From the NCBI GenBank assembly GCA_951406725.2, contig OX597822.1:103292001-103356000 (forward strand): DNA of 64,000 nt. The letters run 5' to 3'. Shown piece after piece: positions 39,318 through 54,544 of the stretch. The notes beneath the pieces are model-generated. The model ran no database searches and was not told the origin of the DNA. It saw nothing but the letters and a program-made list of their open reading frames with translations. This DNA is from Octopus vulgaris (Eukaryota). Position numbers and translations under genes: made by a program. Every line of letters begins with the position of its first letter. Position 1 is the first letter of the stretch.

Positions 39318-39585
39318 TATATATACAGGGTGTCCCCAAAAAATGTATACACATTTTAGATAATTGTAAAGTTAGTGTTTATTAAAATGCATTTCGTTTT
39401 CAAAATTTTATAGAATCTACAGACATTATTTTATTGTTTTGTACGCAGCTGTTCTTGCTCCTAAACGGACGCCCGTTCTACTCCTGGCACTGCTGACAAT
39501 GCGAAATAATGGAATCGCAAACATCTCGAAACAATTCGTTTGGCATTTGTGTGCATTCTCGCTCAGTGGCTGCTCTCAAATCAGC

Positions 39586-39788
39586 TGCTCTCTTTTACTT
39601 GTTTCAGTCATTTGACTGCGGCCATGCTGGAGCACCGCCTTTAATCGAGCAAATCGACCCCGGGACTTATTGTTTTGTAAGCCCAGTACTTATTCTATCG
39701 GTCTCTTTTTGCCGAACCGCTAAGTAACGGGGACATAAACACACCAGCATCGCTTGTCAAGCAATGGGGGACAAACACAGACACACAA

Positions 39789-39827
<39 letters not shown>

Positions 39828-39994
39828 CATATATACGACGGGCTTCTTTCAGTTTCCGTCTACCAAATCCACTCACAAGGCTTTGGTCGGCTCGAGGCTA
39901 TAATAGAAGACACTTGCCCAAGGTGCCACGCCATGGGACTGAACCCGGAACCATATAGTTGGTAGACAAGCTACTTACCACACAGCCACTCCTG
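39586..39994 (-). mobile_element. SINE family B nested in transposase
   Basis: Homology to other B copies. Confidence 0.9.
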
Positions 39995-40748
39995 CAGGTT
40001 TCATAGAGTAGACTTTGTCTTTTAGGTATCCCCATAAAAAAGTCTAGTGGTGTGAAGTCTGTTGAAACCCCTTCGTCCAATCCACCTGATTAGCAAGATC
40101 TCATCAAGGAAGGATCTAACATCACGATGGTAGTGTGGAGGTGCCCCATCTTACTGAAAGCAAAACTCACCATCTTTAAAGTCTTCTCTAATGCTTGGCA
40201 TGACAGACTGTTACAGCAAGTTCAAATAAACGGGACCAGTCACAATAGCGTCAACAAAGAATGGTCCAATTAATCCTCTTGATGATAAGCCACACCACAC
40301 TGTAACTCCTGAAAAATTAACATGGTGTTCCACCAGGACATGCGAATTCCCAGGTCCCCAGTAGGTGCAATTTTACCTGTTAATTGAGCCATTTGATTTG
40401 AATAAGGCCTCATCACTCCACACAATCTTTGTTGGAAAGTGTGCATCTTCTGCACATCGTGCAAAGTACCACTGGCAATACTGCACTCTTCGGTCTGGAT
40501 CATCATCATCATTAGTAGCATGGACTAATCTTGGAACGTAACGTTTCCATTGACAACACTTGAAAATGCGTTGGACAGACGATTTTGATATACCTATCTC
40601 ACGACTCGCTTGCCGCATAGATTTTCTTGTACATTGGCGATATGTTTCTAGCACTCCTTCTTGGTTTGTAGGGGTTGTCGATGTTCGTGGTCTTCCGGAA
40701 CGCTTCTTGTGAACATTCTGAACAGTTCCACTTCAAATTTATCATTAA

Positions 40749-41144
40749 CTAGCAGTATCGCCCGGCGTTGCTCGGGTTTGTTTCGACCCTTTAGAATTAG
40801 AATTTTTAAAAAGTAAAAATTTTGCATTATGTAGCTTGTTATTCTCTTTAATGAACATTTTTCTGGTTGAAATACACCGAAAAATGGCGACACAGCAGTA
40901 AAAAAATCGTAAAAAAATAGGGATTTTCATAGAAAAAAAGCACCTTTTTCATGTAAATAATTTCTGGTGTTAACATCGTCCGATTTGAATTTTTTCTTCT
41001 ACGGAATGAAGAGCAAACTTTCTTCTATCATACTCTCAATTTTGGTCAACTTGCACCGCAGGGTCTCGGAGGAGATAGTGTTAGTTGAAGGCTACCAAAC
41101 CTGCTATACACAGACAGATTCAGCTTTATATATATATATGTAGA
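40749..41144 (-). mobile_element. Non-autonomous Helitron nested in transposase
   Basis: 5' TC, 3' CAAACCCGAGCAACGCCGGGCGATACTGCTAG near-identical to the end of 22152-22534. A|T insertion; removal restores TQINDKFE. Confidence 0.85.
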
Positions 41145-41646
41145 TTTGCGTGTTGGTGGATCTGTTTGATACTACCTCCTAAACTGTCTTTGTACTTCAA
41201 CAGCGTTTTCACACATTCAGTAGCATTTTAGGATATATTCCCTTTATTAAAAGCTTAGTCTATCTGCCATCATCAATTCCACTGGGTTTCATCCGGAAAG
41301 AAAAAAAAAAAAAGCATCAATTGAGTTATCAACTGCTAAAGTGAGTATACACTTTTTTGGGACACACAAAAGTGACTGTCAAGGTAACCGTCATAATAAC
41401 GTTGATAGTGGTGTGTGTGGTTGAAGTGGAAGCAATGATAATGTTGCTGATGATGTTGGTGGTTGTGGTGGTGATGATAGTGGTAGGATAGTTGTGGTGG
41501 TGATTGTGATATGGTGGGAGTGGTGGTGGTGGTGGTGGTGGTGGTCGTCGTCGTCGTCGTCGTAGTGCTGCTCCTGCTGGCTTGGCGGAGGTCTGCGCTA
41601 TCCGAGTGCTTTTCTACTTATCATCATCATCATCATCATCATCATG

Positions 41647-41685
<39 letters not shown>

Positions 41686-41807
41686 ATTATTATTATTATT
41701 ATTATGCCACCGTGGTCGACTCCTTTCATCGTTTTGGGGTCGATAAAATAAGTATCAGTGAAGTACTGGGGGCGATTTAAAGCCTTATGCTTATAGTAAA
41801 GGGGATG

Positions 41808-41852
<45 letters not shown>

Positions 41853-42378
41853 GTTGTTGTTGTTGTTGATGTTGCTGTTACTGATGTTCACGTTGTTATT
41901 GCTATTGTTGCTTGCTAACAAGCAGCTCAGCATAAGATGGCAAGTGAAATTTTTTCCCGATCGGTTTGAGAAGCAGATCGGTAGCCAATGAAAGGGGTGG
42001 CTGCACCGGCACCCCGGCTACTGAGTTGACCAGCAGGGTGGAATGAAGCACCTTGTGCAAGGACGTCATACACTTGCGTCAGAAATTAATTAGCACTTCT
42101 CAAATTTCTACATTAAATAGTTTAAATCAATTAACCTATGAGCTGTTCAAAACGTCTTACGCGATGAGAAAACTTAGTATGGTGTGATTTCGGTCCTTGC
42201 GAGGCGCTACCTATATCTATTAAACAAAGGAAGATTTGTCTGCATCCGCACTCCAAGTTGTTGTTGCACTGCTATGTCAACATCATAAGGCTGTAGACTC
42301 TCAAACTGCTCTGCAAACAAAGTTACGTCATCGTTCTGCGCAACAGTGAACTCGCAACAAAGCAATAGTTCGAGATAT

Positions 42379-42397
42379 GGCCACTAGGTGACAGCAC
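42379..42397 (+). promoter_or_regulatory. CTCF-like motif
   Basis: GGCCACTAGGTGACAGCAC vs consensus CCASYAGRKGGCRS, one core mismatch. Confidence 0.35.
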
Positions 42398-42940
42398 ATT
42401 CCTTGAGTGAAGAGCAAATCAAGGGTGCTAATTAATTTCTGACGGTAGTGTACATCACCCAGGACCAGAATCGAACTTGTGATTGTGAGTCCAACAGCTT
42501 AACCACTGGTCCATGCATATGCCTTCGCACATGGTATCCGGTATAATGTTTATGAAAAACACATAATATAATATTTATAAGATATATATATTTTCGATAT
42601 AAAACTTGTAAAAGGAAAATAATGAAAAAAAATAAATTGCTAGCTGAATTCACTAATGTGGGAAGTGACAGTACAAAGCTTCAGCATGTGCGAGCGCACG
42701 TGTGTGTGTGTGTGCGTGTGTGCGTGTGTGTGCGTGCGCGCGTGTGTGAGTGTGTGAGTGTGTGGTGTGCAGTGTGTGTGCATTTGTGAGTGTGTGTGCG
42801 TGTGTGTGAGTATGTGTGTGTGTGGGGACACATTTTTGAATGATAATAAACAGATGATAAACTTCCTGCAAAACAATACATACATACATACATACATACA
42901 TACATACATACATACATACATACACACACACATATATATA

Positions 42941-43001
<61 letters not shown>

Positions 43002-43028
43002 GTGTATAAGTAGGCGTGTTTATGTGTA

Positions 43029-43065
<37 letters not shown>

Positions 43066-43660
43066 ACGCGCGCACACACCCACATACACATACACACACA
43101 TATAAAGGAAAATATATGTTGGAAATTTCCTTTGTTCGACGACGGAGTTCCAATCGTTAGATCAACTGTATTAACTTGTGACTGAGTATTCCACAGACAC
43201 AAGTATCTTTAACGTAATTCTTGGGCAGAATCAGTGTAATACAGTATTATGACAAGACTTGTATCTGTTGAATTACAGCCACAATCTAACCAACGGGCTT
43301 CTTTACAGTTTCCGTCTTTTCAAAAATATAAGATTCGTGGTTGTAGAAAATATCATTGCCCCAAGATGCCACGCAGTGGGATCGAACCCGGTACTTCATG
43401 ACTGGAAAGCAAACATTTAAACCATTTGTCTGTGTCTGTTACACGTGCGCACACATGCAGATACACACAGACACACACACACACACAAACACACAGACAT
43501 TTATCTGTGTGTATATATGTATGTGGGTTCTTTTTATCTTTACTATCTTTGGAAAGTTGTTTATTTTTTAGGTGGGTGTGTGAGGGATGGGGAAGTAGGG
43601 CGTAGGGGATAGGTGGAGATGCGTCATTGGTAATTAGGTCGGGGTTGTAGTTTTGTCGGA

Positions 43661-44042
43661 AACTGCAGCGGTCCTTCAGTTTTTCTAAGCTCTGTAAAAG
43701 AACACTGAAGGTTGGGCCTCCAACCAAGCCTTTGGCAATACCCTTAAATTCAGGAAATATTTGTGTGTCTGTTTGTTCCCACAACATCACTTGACAACCT
43801 ATGGTCGTGTGCTTACGTCCCCGTAACTTAGCGGTTCGGCAAGGGAGACCGATAGAATGAGTACTAGGCTTACGAAGAATAAGTCCTGGGGTCGATTTGC
43901 TCGACTAAAGGCGCGTGCTCCAGCATGGCCGCAGTCAAATGACTGAAACAAGAGAGCAAAAGAGCATGAGTAGGAGTACGTGTGTGTGTGTGTGTGAATG
44001 CACTCGCTCGTGTGTGTGTGTGTATGTGCGTGTGTATGTGTG
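43661..44042 (+). repeat. Copy 1 of ~380-bp duplicated composite (MITE fragment + SINE B tail + TG tract)
   Basis: Near-identical to 50927-51308. Confidence 0.9.
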
Positions 44043-44337
44043 GGTAGAAATTTTATGGTGGCGAGGGTTATTTTGGTGTGATGTAGGATTTAGCTTTTGT
44101 TTAGGGTTCAGCCAGCCTTAGAAATATATGGAAGCATATAAAATAACTTGCCAAATATAATAGGAAGCAACAAAAAGAAAAAACAAAAACAAGTAAAACA
44201 CAGTTCAATGAATGTTTTTCTTATAAAAGTTAATAAATATGGAAATTGTATAGAGTAGGCCTTTTGGTTGATGTCAAATTGTATATACACAAACGTTTGT
44301 ATATATACATATACATACATACGCACACAGACACGCA

Positions 44338-44424
<87 letters not shown>

Positions 44425-44435
44425 GTATCTATTTA

Positions 44436-44474
<39 letters not shown>

Positions 44475-44586
44475 ATCTATCTATCTATCTATCTCTCTCT
44501 CTATATATATACATGCATAAATACATACCTACATACATACATACATACGTACATACATACATATACACACACTTGCGCGCGCGCGC

Positions 44587-44628
<42 letters not shown>

Positions 44629-44990
44629 GAAAAATATTTTCAGAAAATAATTGGGTTTTTTTTAAAGAATTTCGGGAATGTGAGCTTCAATATTTACAGA
44701 AGAAGAGTCAATGCTCGTATTGTTGATTCTATATTTATATCACATTTCAAATGAATCTTCTAATTAAAGTTTTACTTATGGTTTATTGAAAATATATTTT
44801 GTGTTTTAGCCATTCCCTAATTACGTAAACAGATGTTATATACTCATGCACATATAAATACATGTATGAATGTGTGCATGTATGTATGTATGTATGTATG
44901 TATGTATCCATCCACCCATCCATCCATCTACCTACCTACCAACCTGCCTACCTACCCACCTGCCTACTTACCTCTCTGTCTGTCTATCTG

Positions 44991-45080
<90 letters not shown>

Positions 45081-45473
45081 CATCTACTCTGTTCTATGAT
45101 GTAAATAGCTTTGAAGCTCCTCTACATCAACAAACCTGTTCTGTTCCACCCTTTCTCTTACACTTTAACCCTTCATCTCCTAGCATAAAGCCGTCTCTTC
45201 CTCTATTATTGCCCACTTCAACCGAAATGGATCTTAATCTCACAAGCAGCATTGCAAATTCACTAGAACTGGTAACGCGAAAATATGCAATATACACTGT
45301 AAAGTGGGCGTTAGGAAGAGCGTCCAACCGCTGGATCCTTGCCAAAGTAGATATTGGAACACGATGCAGTCTTCAGAGTCATTGGATCCCATCAATGTCC
45401 ATTTAATGTCCATGTACCATCATGACACATGGACATAAAATGATGATGATATACATACGTATATAAATTCTGA

Positions 45474-45812
45474 GACCCCCTTCGGTCACGACACAGACCA
45501 TGGGATTGCACCTAGAAAGTTACCCTCCGAGGCACAAGTCCGGGCAAGGTTGTTTATGGAAGACCAGCAGTCGCCCATACATACTGACCACCCCTCTCCA
45601 CGCCACCAGTGTTATCCAAGGGAAAGGCAAAGGGGCCGATACAGCTTGGCACCTGTGACGTCGCAACTCAATTTCTACAGCTGAGTGAATTGGAGCAACG
45701 TGAAATAAAGTGACTTGCTCAAGAACACAACACACAGCTCGGTCCGGGATTCGAGCTCACAACCTCACGATCGTAAGCTCGACGCTCTAACCACTGAGCC
45801 ATGCGCCTTCAC
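45474..45812 (-). mobile_element. SINE family D
   Basis: tRNA-like head GTGAAGGCGCATGGCTCAGTGGTTAGAGCG...GAGCTCGAATCCC and tail GACCGAAGGGGGTC. Confidence 0.88.
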
Positions 45813-45937
45813 ATATACAGTGCATCTTGTATATACAAATAGACATATGACAGCTATTGTTAAGTTCAGAACTCTATGTAGATTATCATCGTCCTGTTTG
45901 CTTCTAGTGAATTTGGTAAGCAACTACTATGTATATA

Positions 45938-46264
45938 GTGAAGGCGCTTGGCTCAGTGGTTAGAGCGTCGGGCTCACAACCATGAGGTAGTGAGTTCAAT
46001 TCCCGGATCGAGCTGTGTGTTGTGTTCTTGAGTAGGACGCTTAATTTCACGTTGCCCCAGTTCATCAGCTGTAGAAATGAGTTGTGACGTCACTGGTACT
46101 GTATTGGTCTTTGCCTTTCCCTTGGATAACATCGGTGGCGTGAAGAAGGAAGGTCGGTATGCATGGGCGACTACTGGTCTTCCATAAACAACCTTGACCG
46201 GACTTGTGCCTCGGAGGTTAACATTCTAGGTGTAACTCCATGGTCATTCGTGACCGAAGGGGTC
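45938..46264 (+). mobile_element. SINE family D
   Basis: Inverted homolog of 45474-45812. Confidence 0.88.
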
Positions 46265-46456
46265 CTGTAGTTATGAAATACAGTACGAATATAGGAGAAA
46301 TTACGATCAATACCAGTTTTTTTAATCTTTTGCTCTTACGTTCGTCTCACCCTTTGGTTGCTTAGTATTCTGCATTGGATATTCCAAGGGCAACTGGATG
46401 CTTAACTGTAATGGATCATCAGGGAACACTTTATTGCATTATTTTACAGAGAAATA

Positions 46457-46672
46457 TAGCGGCAAGCTAGCAGAATCGTTACTACACTGGGCAAAATGTT
46501 TAGCGTCATTTCGTTTGTCTTTACGTTCTGAATTCAAATGCTGCAAAAGTCGACTTTGCCTTTCATCCATTTGGGGTTGATAAATTAAGTACCAGTTGAT
46601 TACTGGGGTCGATGTAAACAACTAGCCCCCCACCAGTAAAATTTCAGGCTTCATGCCTATAGCGGAAAGTAT
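46457..46672 (+). mobile_element. SINE family A, tail A2 (diverged)
   Basis: Homology to 7605-7825. Confidence 0.75.
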
Positions 46673-46841
46673 TAATTTACAGAGAAATATTGTCCGGAGA
46701 TGGATAGATGGCGAGAAATTTTTACAATTATCGTGAAAGGGAAACGGAAAGAAGGTTAAGGCAGGGAAAGATGGGAAGAGGTACGAAGAAACAAGTGAAA
46801 GGAACAGAGAAAAGACAAAGGAGTGTATAAACATAGAGAGA

Positions 46842-47160
46842 GAGGAGGAGGAGGAGGAGGAGGAGGAGGAGGAAGAAGAAGAAGAAGAAGAAGAAGAAGA
46901 AGAAGAAGAAGAAGAAGAAGAAGAAGAAGAAGAAGAAGAAGAAGAAGAAGAAGAAGAAGAAGAAGAAGAAGAAGAAGAAGAAGAAGAAGAAGAAGAAGAA
47001 GAAGAAGAAGAAGAAGAAGAAGAAGAAGAAGAAGAAGAAGAAGAAGAAGAAGAAGAAGAAGAAGAAGAAGAAGAAGAAGAAGAAGAGGAGAAGAAGAAGA
47101 AGAAGAAGAAGAAGAAGAAGAAGAAGAAGAAGAAGAAGAAGAAGAAGAAGAAGAAGAAGA
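46842..47160. repeat. (GGA)n-(GAA)n trinucleotide tract, ~320 bp
   Basis: Directly visible pure polypurine run. Confidence 0.98.
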
Positions 47161-47307
47161 GAGAAAGAATCAATATAGTTGTAATTAAAGAAAAAGGAAA
47201 GAATGGAAAGGCCGAACTAGACAATATGAAAAGGAGTAAGCAAAATAAATAAGTATATATATGTATATAATATATATATATATATATATATATTTATACA
47301 CACACAC

Positions 47308-47359
<52 letters not shown>

Positions 47360-47649
47360 ACACACACACACATATATGCAGAGACACACATATTCAAAAG
47401 CTTTTGCAAAAATTACTCGAGACATTTACATTAATTATAAAAAAAATTTTTCTAAAAGCCACTATTAAAAATTTTTCTCTTTTATTTAACAGAATGTCTT
47501 TAACTTTTGTGGAAGAAGTTATATAATGTGTATTTTACGTCTTGTGTGTATATTTTATGTGTAAGAGCTTTCGTTTTTCAACTTTTCAAACATACATGTT
47601 CCGAGCTCAAGCATAAAGAGGAAGTGGTTTGTTTGTAATGGTGAAGACT

Positions 47650-48131
47650 ATCTCTGGCTTAGGTTCGGATTTAGAATTTTTATGAAGTATTCTTCTCTTG
47701 TCTTTCGTAGTTAATCATTTTTCATCTTATACTTTGTAAAAGAAGAATGTTTAAAATTTTCCATATCTAGATGATTACCACCTCGAGCATTTCTAAGCGA
47801 TGAATCTTCCATTTGTTCTTTACACACGCGTACACGATTAGTTACTTTTCTTACTGTTTCTCCAATGTAATTATCACATTGTAGGAATGCGATGCAGTTG
47901 ATGTCATTTCTTTTTATGTTGCAATTTATGTTTGCATTCATTTTCAATTTCTTCACATTTTTGAATCTTTTGGTTGTTCTTTGCTCAATTATTTCACATG
48001 TCTCACAGCGAGGGTCTCCACAGTTTGTTACTTGTATTATTCCTTTCTCCGATGTGAATCTCGACTTTGTTAGAAGTCTCTTGAGATTTGGTGGTTGTTT
48101 TCGGCAGTTGATGATTTATAATTTTAAATTA
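47650..48131 (-). mobile_element. Penelope GIY-YIG remnant (3' part)
   Basis: RKQPPNLKRLLTKSRF, NYIGETVRKVTNRVR and LRKTREEYFIKILNPNL. Confidence 0.8.
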
Positions 48132-50237
48132 CAGAGTGCAACACTCAAAAAAGTACAAGAGATCTGTGGCCATTTTTATATGGAAAATAACATGGGAAAT
48201 CCATTTCTAGCCTTCTTTTTGTTGAATTAGGCAGGGTTTCTACAGAATTGTCACTCTATACCATTTTTGCCATTATTATTAAATAAAATTCTCCACCGTA
48301 TTGTAAAATGGGTTTCAACCCAGGGCTAGAGATTCAATGTGATTCAAAGCTTGTGTTTAATGTTATTTTTATCTTCCAGATCTTATTTGTTTTCAACAAT
48401 GAGTGCAAGATAGTGCAAAAATGATCCAAACAGATTCTGTTATATCTGTGAGTAATTGACTTTTGCTAAAGAAAAGCACAGTATTACACGCCATATCAAG
48501 AAAATATAGAAGGCATACTTCGATTGCTACTTAGGAGACCAGGTTAAGTAATGGGTTCCTCATGTGTGTTGCCTTACATGTGTGAAGACATTGGGCGCCT
48601 GGTATGAAGGAAATACGTTCACATGAAGTTTGGTGTGTCAATGATTTGGCGTGAGCAGAAAGATCACTCTAATGATTGCTGTTTTTGTCACCATGACTTT
48701 TCGGGCTGTACTCCAGCAAAGAAAAAGAAACACATTGTTTACCTAAATTTGCAATCAGCAATGCGCCCTGTAGAGCACTCAGAAAATTTATCTGTGCCCA
48801 AACCTCCAGATCAAGAAATGCAGAATTCCAGCAGTGCTGATAAACATTCCAGTGGTGAATGTGTGGAGTCCAATGATCCAGAAAGCGAGAATAAACCAAT
48901 AAAATTTTCTCAAGAGGTTCTAAATGACTTGTGCAGAGATCTCTATTTAACCAAAGAGAAAAGTGAGTTTCTGTCATCAAGGCTTCAAGTTCGTAATCTT
49001 CTTGAGAAAGGAGTGAAGATAACACTGTACACAAAACGTACAGAGGATCTGCTTGCATTATTCACCATGAAGGATGAATTTTGCTTTTGTAATGACATCA
49101 TTGAACTTTTTGAGCAATTGGAAATACTATATGATAAAACCAACTGGCGACTTTTCATAGATGCATCCAAGGACAGCATCAAAGCTGTTCCGTTACACAA
49201 TGGTAACACTCTGCCTTCTGTTCTCATAGCTTATAGCATAACCATGAAAGAATCATATAAAAATCTGAAAGAAATTCTAACAAGTATACAGTATGATGAC
49301 CAAACCTGGCATACTTGTGCAGATTTTAAGGTTGTGGTCATGCTTACTGGCCTTCAGCTTGGCTATACTAAATTTTGTTGCTTCCTGTGCTTATGGAATT
49401 CCAGAGCAAGAGCTGAATAGTATGTACGCATGGATTGGCCGATCCAAGATAAAATTGAGCAAGGAAAACACATCATGCACAAACCACTTGTGAAAAGTGA
49501 TAGAATTTTTTTTTACCACCTTCGCATATTAAACTTGGTTTGTTTAAGCAATTTGTGAAAGCCTTGGACAAGGATTCCTCCACATTTGCATATCTTGCAG
49601 AAAAGTTCCCTTCTCTGTGTCAAGGTTTCTTCACAGGTCCCAAAATTCGAAAAATTGTACTTGATGAAAGCTTCATCACACATCACAAAAGAAAAGAGAA
49701 TCTTGCCTTTGAGTCATTCAAGAAAGTTTGCGATAACTTCCTGGGCAATCATCGTATGTGCAAGTTGTGAATGATCTGCTGAGTCATTATCATGATATGG
49801 GATGTAACATGTCTCTAAAAGTTCATGTGCTTCACTCTCATTTGGATCTTTTTGCGGAAAATCTTGGTGATGTGAGTGATGATCATGGTGAAAGATTCCA
49901 TTAGGATATTTCAGTGATGGAGCGATGATTCAAAGGAAAATGGAACCCTGGCATGTTGGCAGACTACTTCTGGGGTATAAAAAAAGATCATACTCTCCAC
50001 AAGAGGCTTAGAAGGACAAACTTTTGTTTTGTTTTTGTAACTTTCAGTATTTGTAATATTTGTGTTCAATACGCAATATTATGCAGTATATTATAAAACA
50101 TATGGTTCATGGTACCGGAAAACGGTGCCTAATCTTGAGAAATAAAGGTCAGAATCAGAATCAGGACAATCTTTTGACCCATAAACAAGTCTTACTTAAA
50201 TTGTACTTTTTTTGAACCTGAAATTTGTTGCACGGTG
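48132..50237 (+). mobile_element. Chapaev3-like (CMC superfamily) DNA transposon, full length, inactivated
   Basis: Imperfect TIRs CAGAGTGCAACA..CAAAAAAGTACAA and TTGTACTTTTTTTG..TGTTGCACGGTG. TTA TSD at 48129-48131 and 50238-50240. Confidence 0.88.
48399..50025 (+). pseudogene. Chapaev-type transposase pseudogene
   Basis: CKNDPNRFCYIC, MIWREQKDHSNDCCFC, WRLFIDASKDSIKAV, ADFKVV...GYTKFCCFLCLW, HIKLGLFKQFVKAL, MSLKVHVLHSHLD and SDDHGERFH. Several stops and frameshifts. Confidence 0.9.
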
Positions 50238-50518
50238 TTATCTGTCGGAGATTGATTGATATAAAATTGGGTGGTATCGTTTCGCTGAATGTAGGATGTA
50301 GTTTCTAGGATTATGGGTGGCTACAAGTGGATTATCTGTATTTGTATCTGCATTTTCACCCTTAGCATGAGCGTCTCTTCGTAAGTATAAATTGGGATTT
50401 CTTTTACTTTGATTACAGCATGAGTTATTAACTTTTGGTGGATATTTCTGTTTTTGAAGGAACACGTCTAGTTCCACCAGTCGTTTCTCTCATCTGTTGC
50501 TATCTGTAACTATTGAGC
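50238..50518 (-). mobile_element. Penelope RT C-terminal remnant (5' part of the element split by Chapaev3)
   Basis: RLVELDVFLQKQKYP...PLVATHNP. Joins 48131 across the TTA TSD. Confidence 0.7.
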
Positions 50519-50519
50519 A

Positions 50520-50740
50520 TACGAGGGGTCGTTGAAAAGTTCCTGGCTTTATGTAAAAGAAAATATAAGAGAATTACTTAATTATGGTTTCATTCAACAT
50601 ATTCCCCTCTCACATTCATACACTTATTGCAGCAATCCTAAAGCTTTTCTAAGTCCCGTAAAAGAACTCGAAAGGTTAGGTCTCCAACAAGGCCTTTGGC
50701 GACACCCTTAAAAGCGGGAAATTTTTAGCCCCCACTCGTA
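50520..50740. mobile_element. mariner-type MITE
   Basis: TA-CGAGGGGTCGTTGAAAAGTTCC ... GGAAATTTTTAGCCCCCACTCG-TA. Confidence 0.75.
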
Positions 50741-50926
50741 TACATAGTCTGCCTCTTCGTCGGTTACGAGTGTCCCGGTTGATTCGATTAATGGAATACC
50801 CTGCTCGGGAAGTTAACGTTCGAGTAACTGAGTACTCCACGCACACGCGTACCCTTAACGCAGTTGTCAGGAAGATTCCGCGAGACACAGTATGTGACAA
50901 GACTGGTCCTTTTCAATTACACATAC

Positions 50927-51308
50927 AACTGCAGCGGTCCTTCAGTTTTTCTAAGCTCTGTAAAAGAACACTGAAGGTTGGGCCCCCAACAAAGCCTTTG
51001 GTAATGCCCTTAAATTCAGGAAATATTTGTGTGTCTGTTTGTTCCCACAACATCACTTGACAACCTATGGTGGTGTGCTTACGTCCCCGTAACTTAGCGG
51101 TTCGGCAAGGGAGACCGATAGAATGAGTACTAGGCTTACGAAGAATAAGTCCTGGGGTCGATTTGCTCGACTAAAGGCGCGTGCTCCAGCATGGCCGCAG
51201 TCAAATGACTGAAACAAGAGAGCAAAAGAGCATGAGTAGGAGTACGTGTGTGTGTGTGTGTGAATGCACTCGCTCGTGTGTGTGTGTGTATGTGCGTGTG
51301 TATGTGTG
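50927..51308 (+). repeat. Copy 2 of ~380-bp duplicated composite
   Basis: Near-identical to 43661-44042. Confidence 0.9.
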
Positions 51309-51317
51309 TGTGTGTGC

Positions 51318-51418
<101 letters not shown>

Positions 51419-51608
51419 ATACACCTTCGGAAATGAATTTTATTTCAATCATCTTTGTAGGTAATGGAGATGGACGAGCACTTTGGACACCACACCATGA
51501 GTAATTCAGCTTTAAACGTAAGTTGCCTTCCCGCAAATTTTAATATTTATCCCTGTCTCTCGCCTCTCTCTCTCTCCCACCCATTTTCTCCATTTCTCTC
51601 TTTCTTTC

Positions 51609-51653
<45 letters not shown>

Positions 51654-51778
51654 CTAAAAATTAGTTGTAAAAAAATATTACCTTTGTATGGTATTTTTTC
51701 CCATGCTGGCCATTTGATAATATCAATATTTAAATATCGATATTATCCTTATTTATAAATTTATATATATATATTTAT

Positions 51779-52209
51779 AGGCGTAGGAGGGGCTGTGTGG
51801 TAAGTAGCTTGCTTACGAACCACATGGTTCCGGGTTCAGTCCCACTGCGTGAAACCTTGGGCAAGTGTCTTCTACTATAGCCTCGGTCCGACCAAAGCCT
51901 TGTGAGTGGATTTGGTAGACGGAAACTGAAAAAAGCCCGTCGTATATATGTATCTCTCTATATATATATGTATGTGTATGTGTATATGTTTGTGCGTCTG
52001 TGTTTGTCCCCCCCCCCAACATCGCTTGACAACCGATGCTGGTGTGTTTACGTCCGCGTAACTTAACGGTTCGGCAAAAGATACCGATAAAATAAGTACT
52101 AGGCTTACATAGAATAAGTCCTGGGATCGATTTGTTCGACTAAAAGGTGGTGCTCCAGCATGGCCACAGTCAAATGACCGAAACAAGTGAAAGAGTAAAG
52201 AGTAAGAGT
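51779..52209 (+). mobile_element. SINE family B, full length
   Basis: Homology to other B copies. Confidence 0.92.
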
Positions 52210-52410
52210 ATATATATTGTGCATCTTACACACGGTCATACATGTGTAATGTTTTTGAGATTTATCATATGTGTTGGAATGGTTTCATTAATAAATGAAA
52301 AGCTATTGCAAAAGACGATGTGAAAAGGCAAGAGGAAAAATGTAAACACTACAAAAAAGAACATTCATTTAAACGATATCTATGCATGTGTGTATGTGTG
52401 TGTGTATGTA

Positions 52411-52493
<83 letters not shown>

Positions 52494-52557
52494 TTATCTA
52501 TCTATCTATCTACTTACCTATATATTTATCTATATCTAAATGTATGTATGTATGTAC

Positions 52558-52620
<63 letters not shown>

Positions 52621-52662
52621 ATAAATGGTGGGGTTGTGTTGACCGCACGTGGAGAAATGATA

Positions 52663-54474
<1,812 letters not shown>

Positions 54475-54499
54475 TACATACATATATATACATATATAC

Positions 54500-54544
<45 letters not shown>

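Larger units (their letters stand above)
39326..41367 (-). mobile_element. Tc1/mariner-superfamily (maT/DD37D-like) transposon, degenerate, with nested SINE B and Helitron
   Basis: TA|CAGGGTGTCCCCAAAAAATGTATAC TIR with a partial match at 41343-41365. Transposase motifs [29 protein letters not shown], QxDGAPPHY and DFTPLDFF. Confidence 0.85.

Noticed and set aside
46622-47224. Poly-Ser/Phe and poly-Arg/Glu ORFs
   Set aside because: (GAA)n tract.
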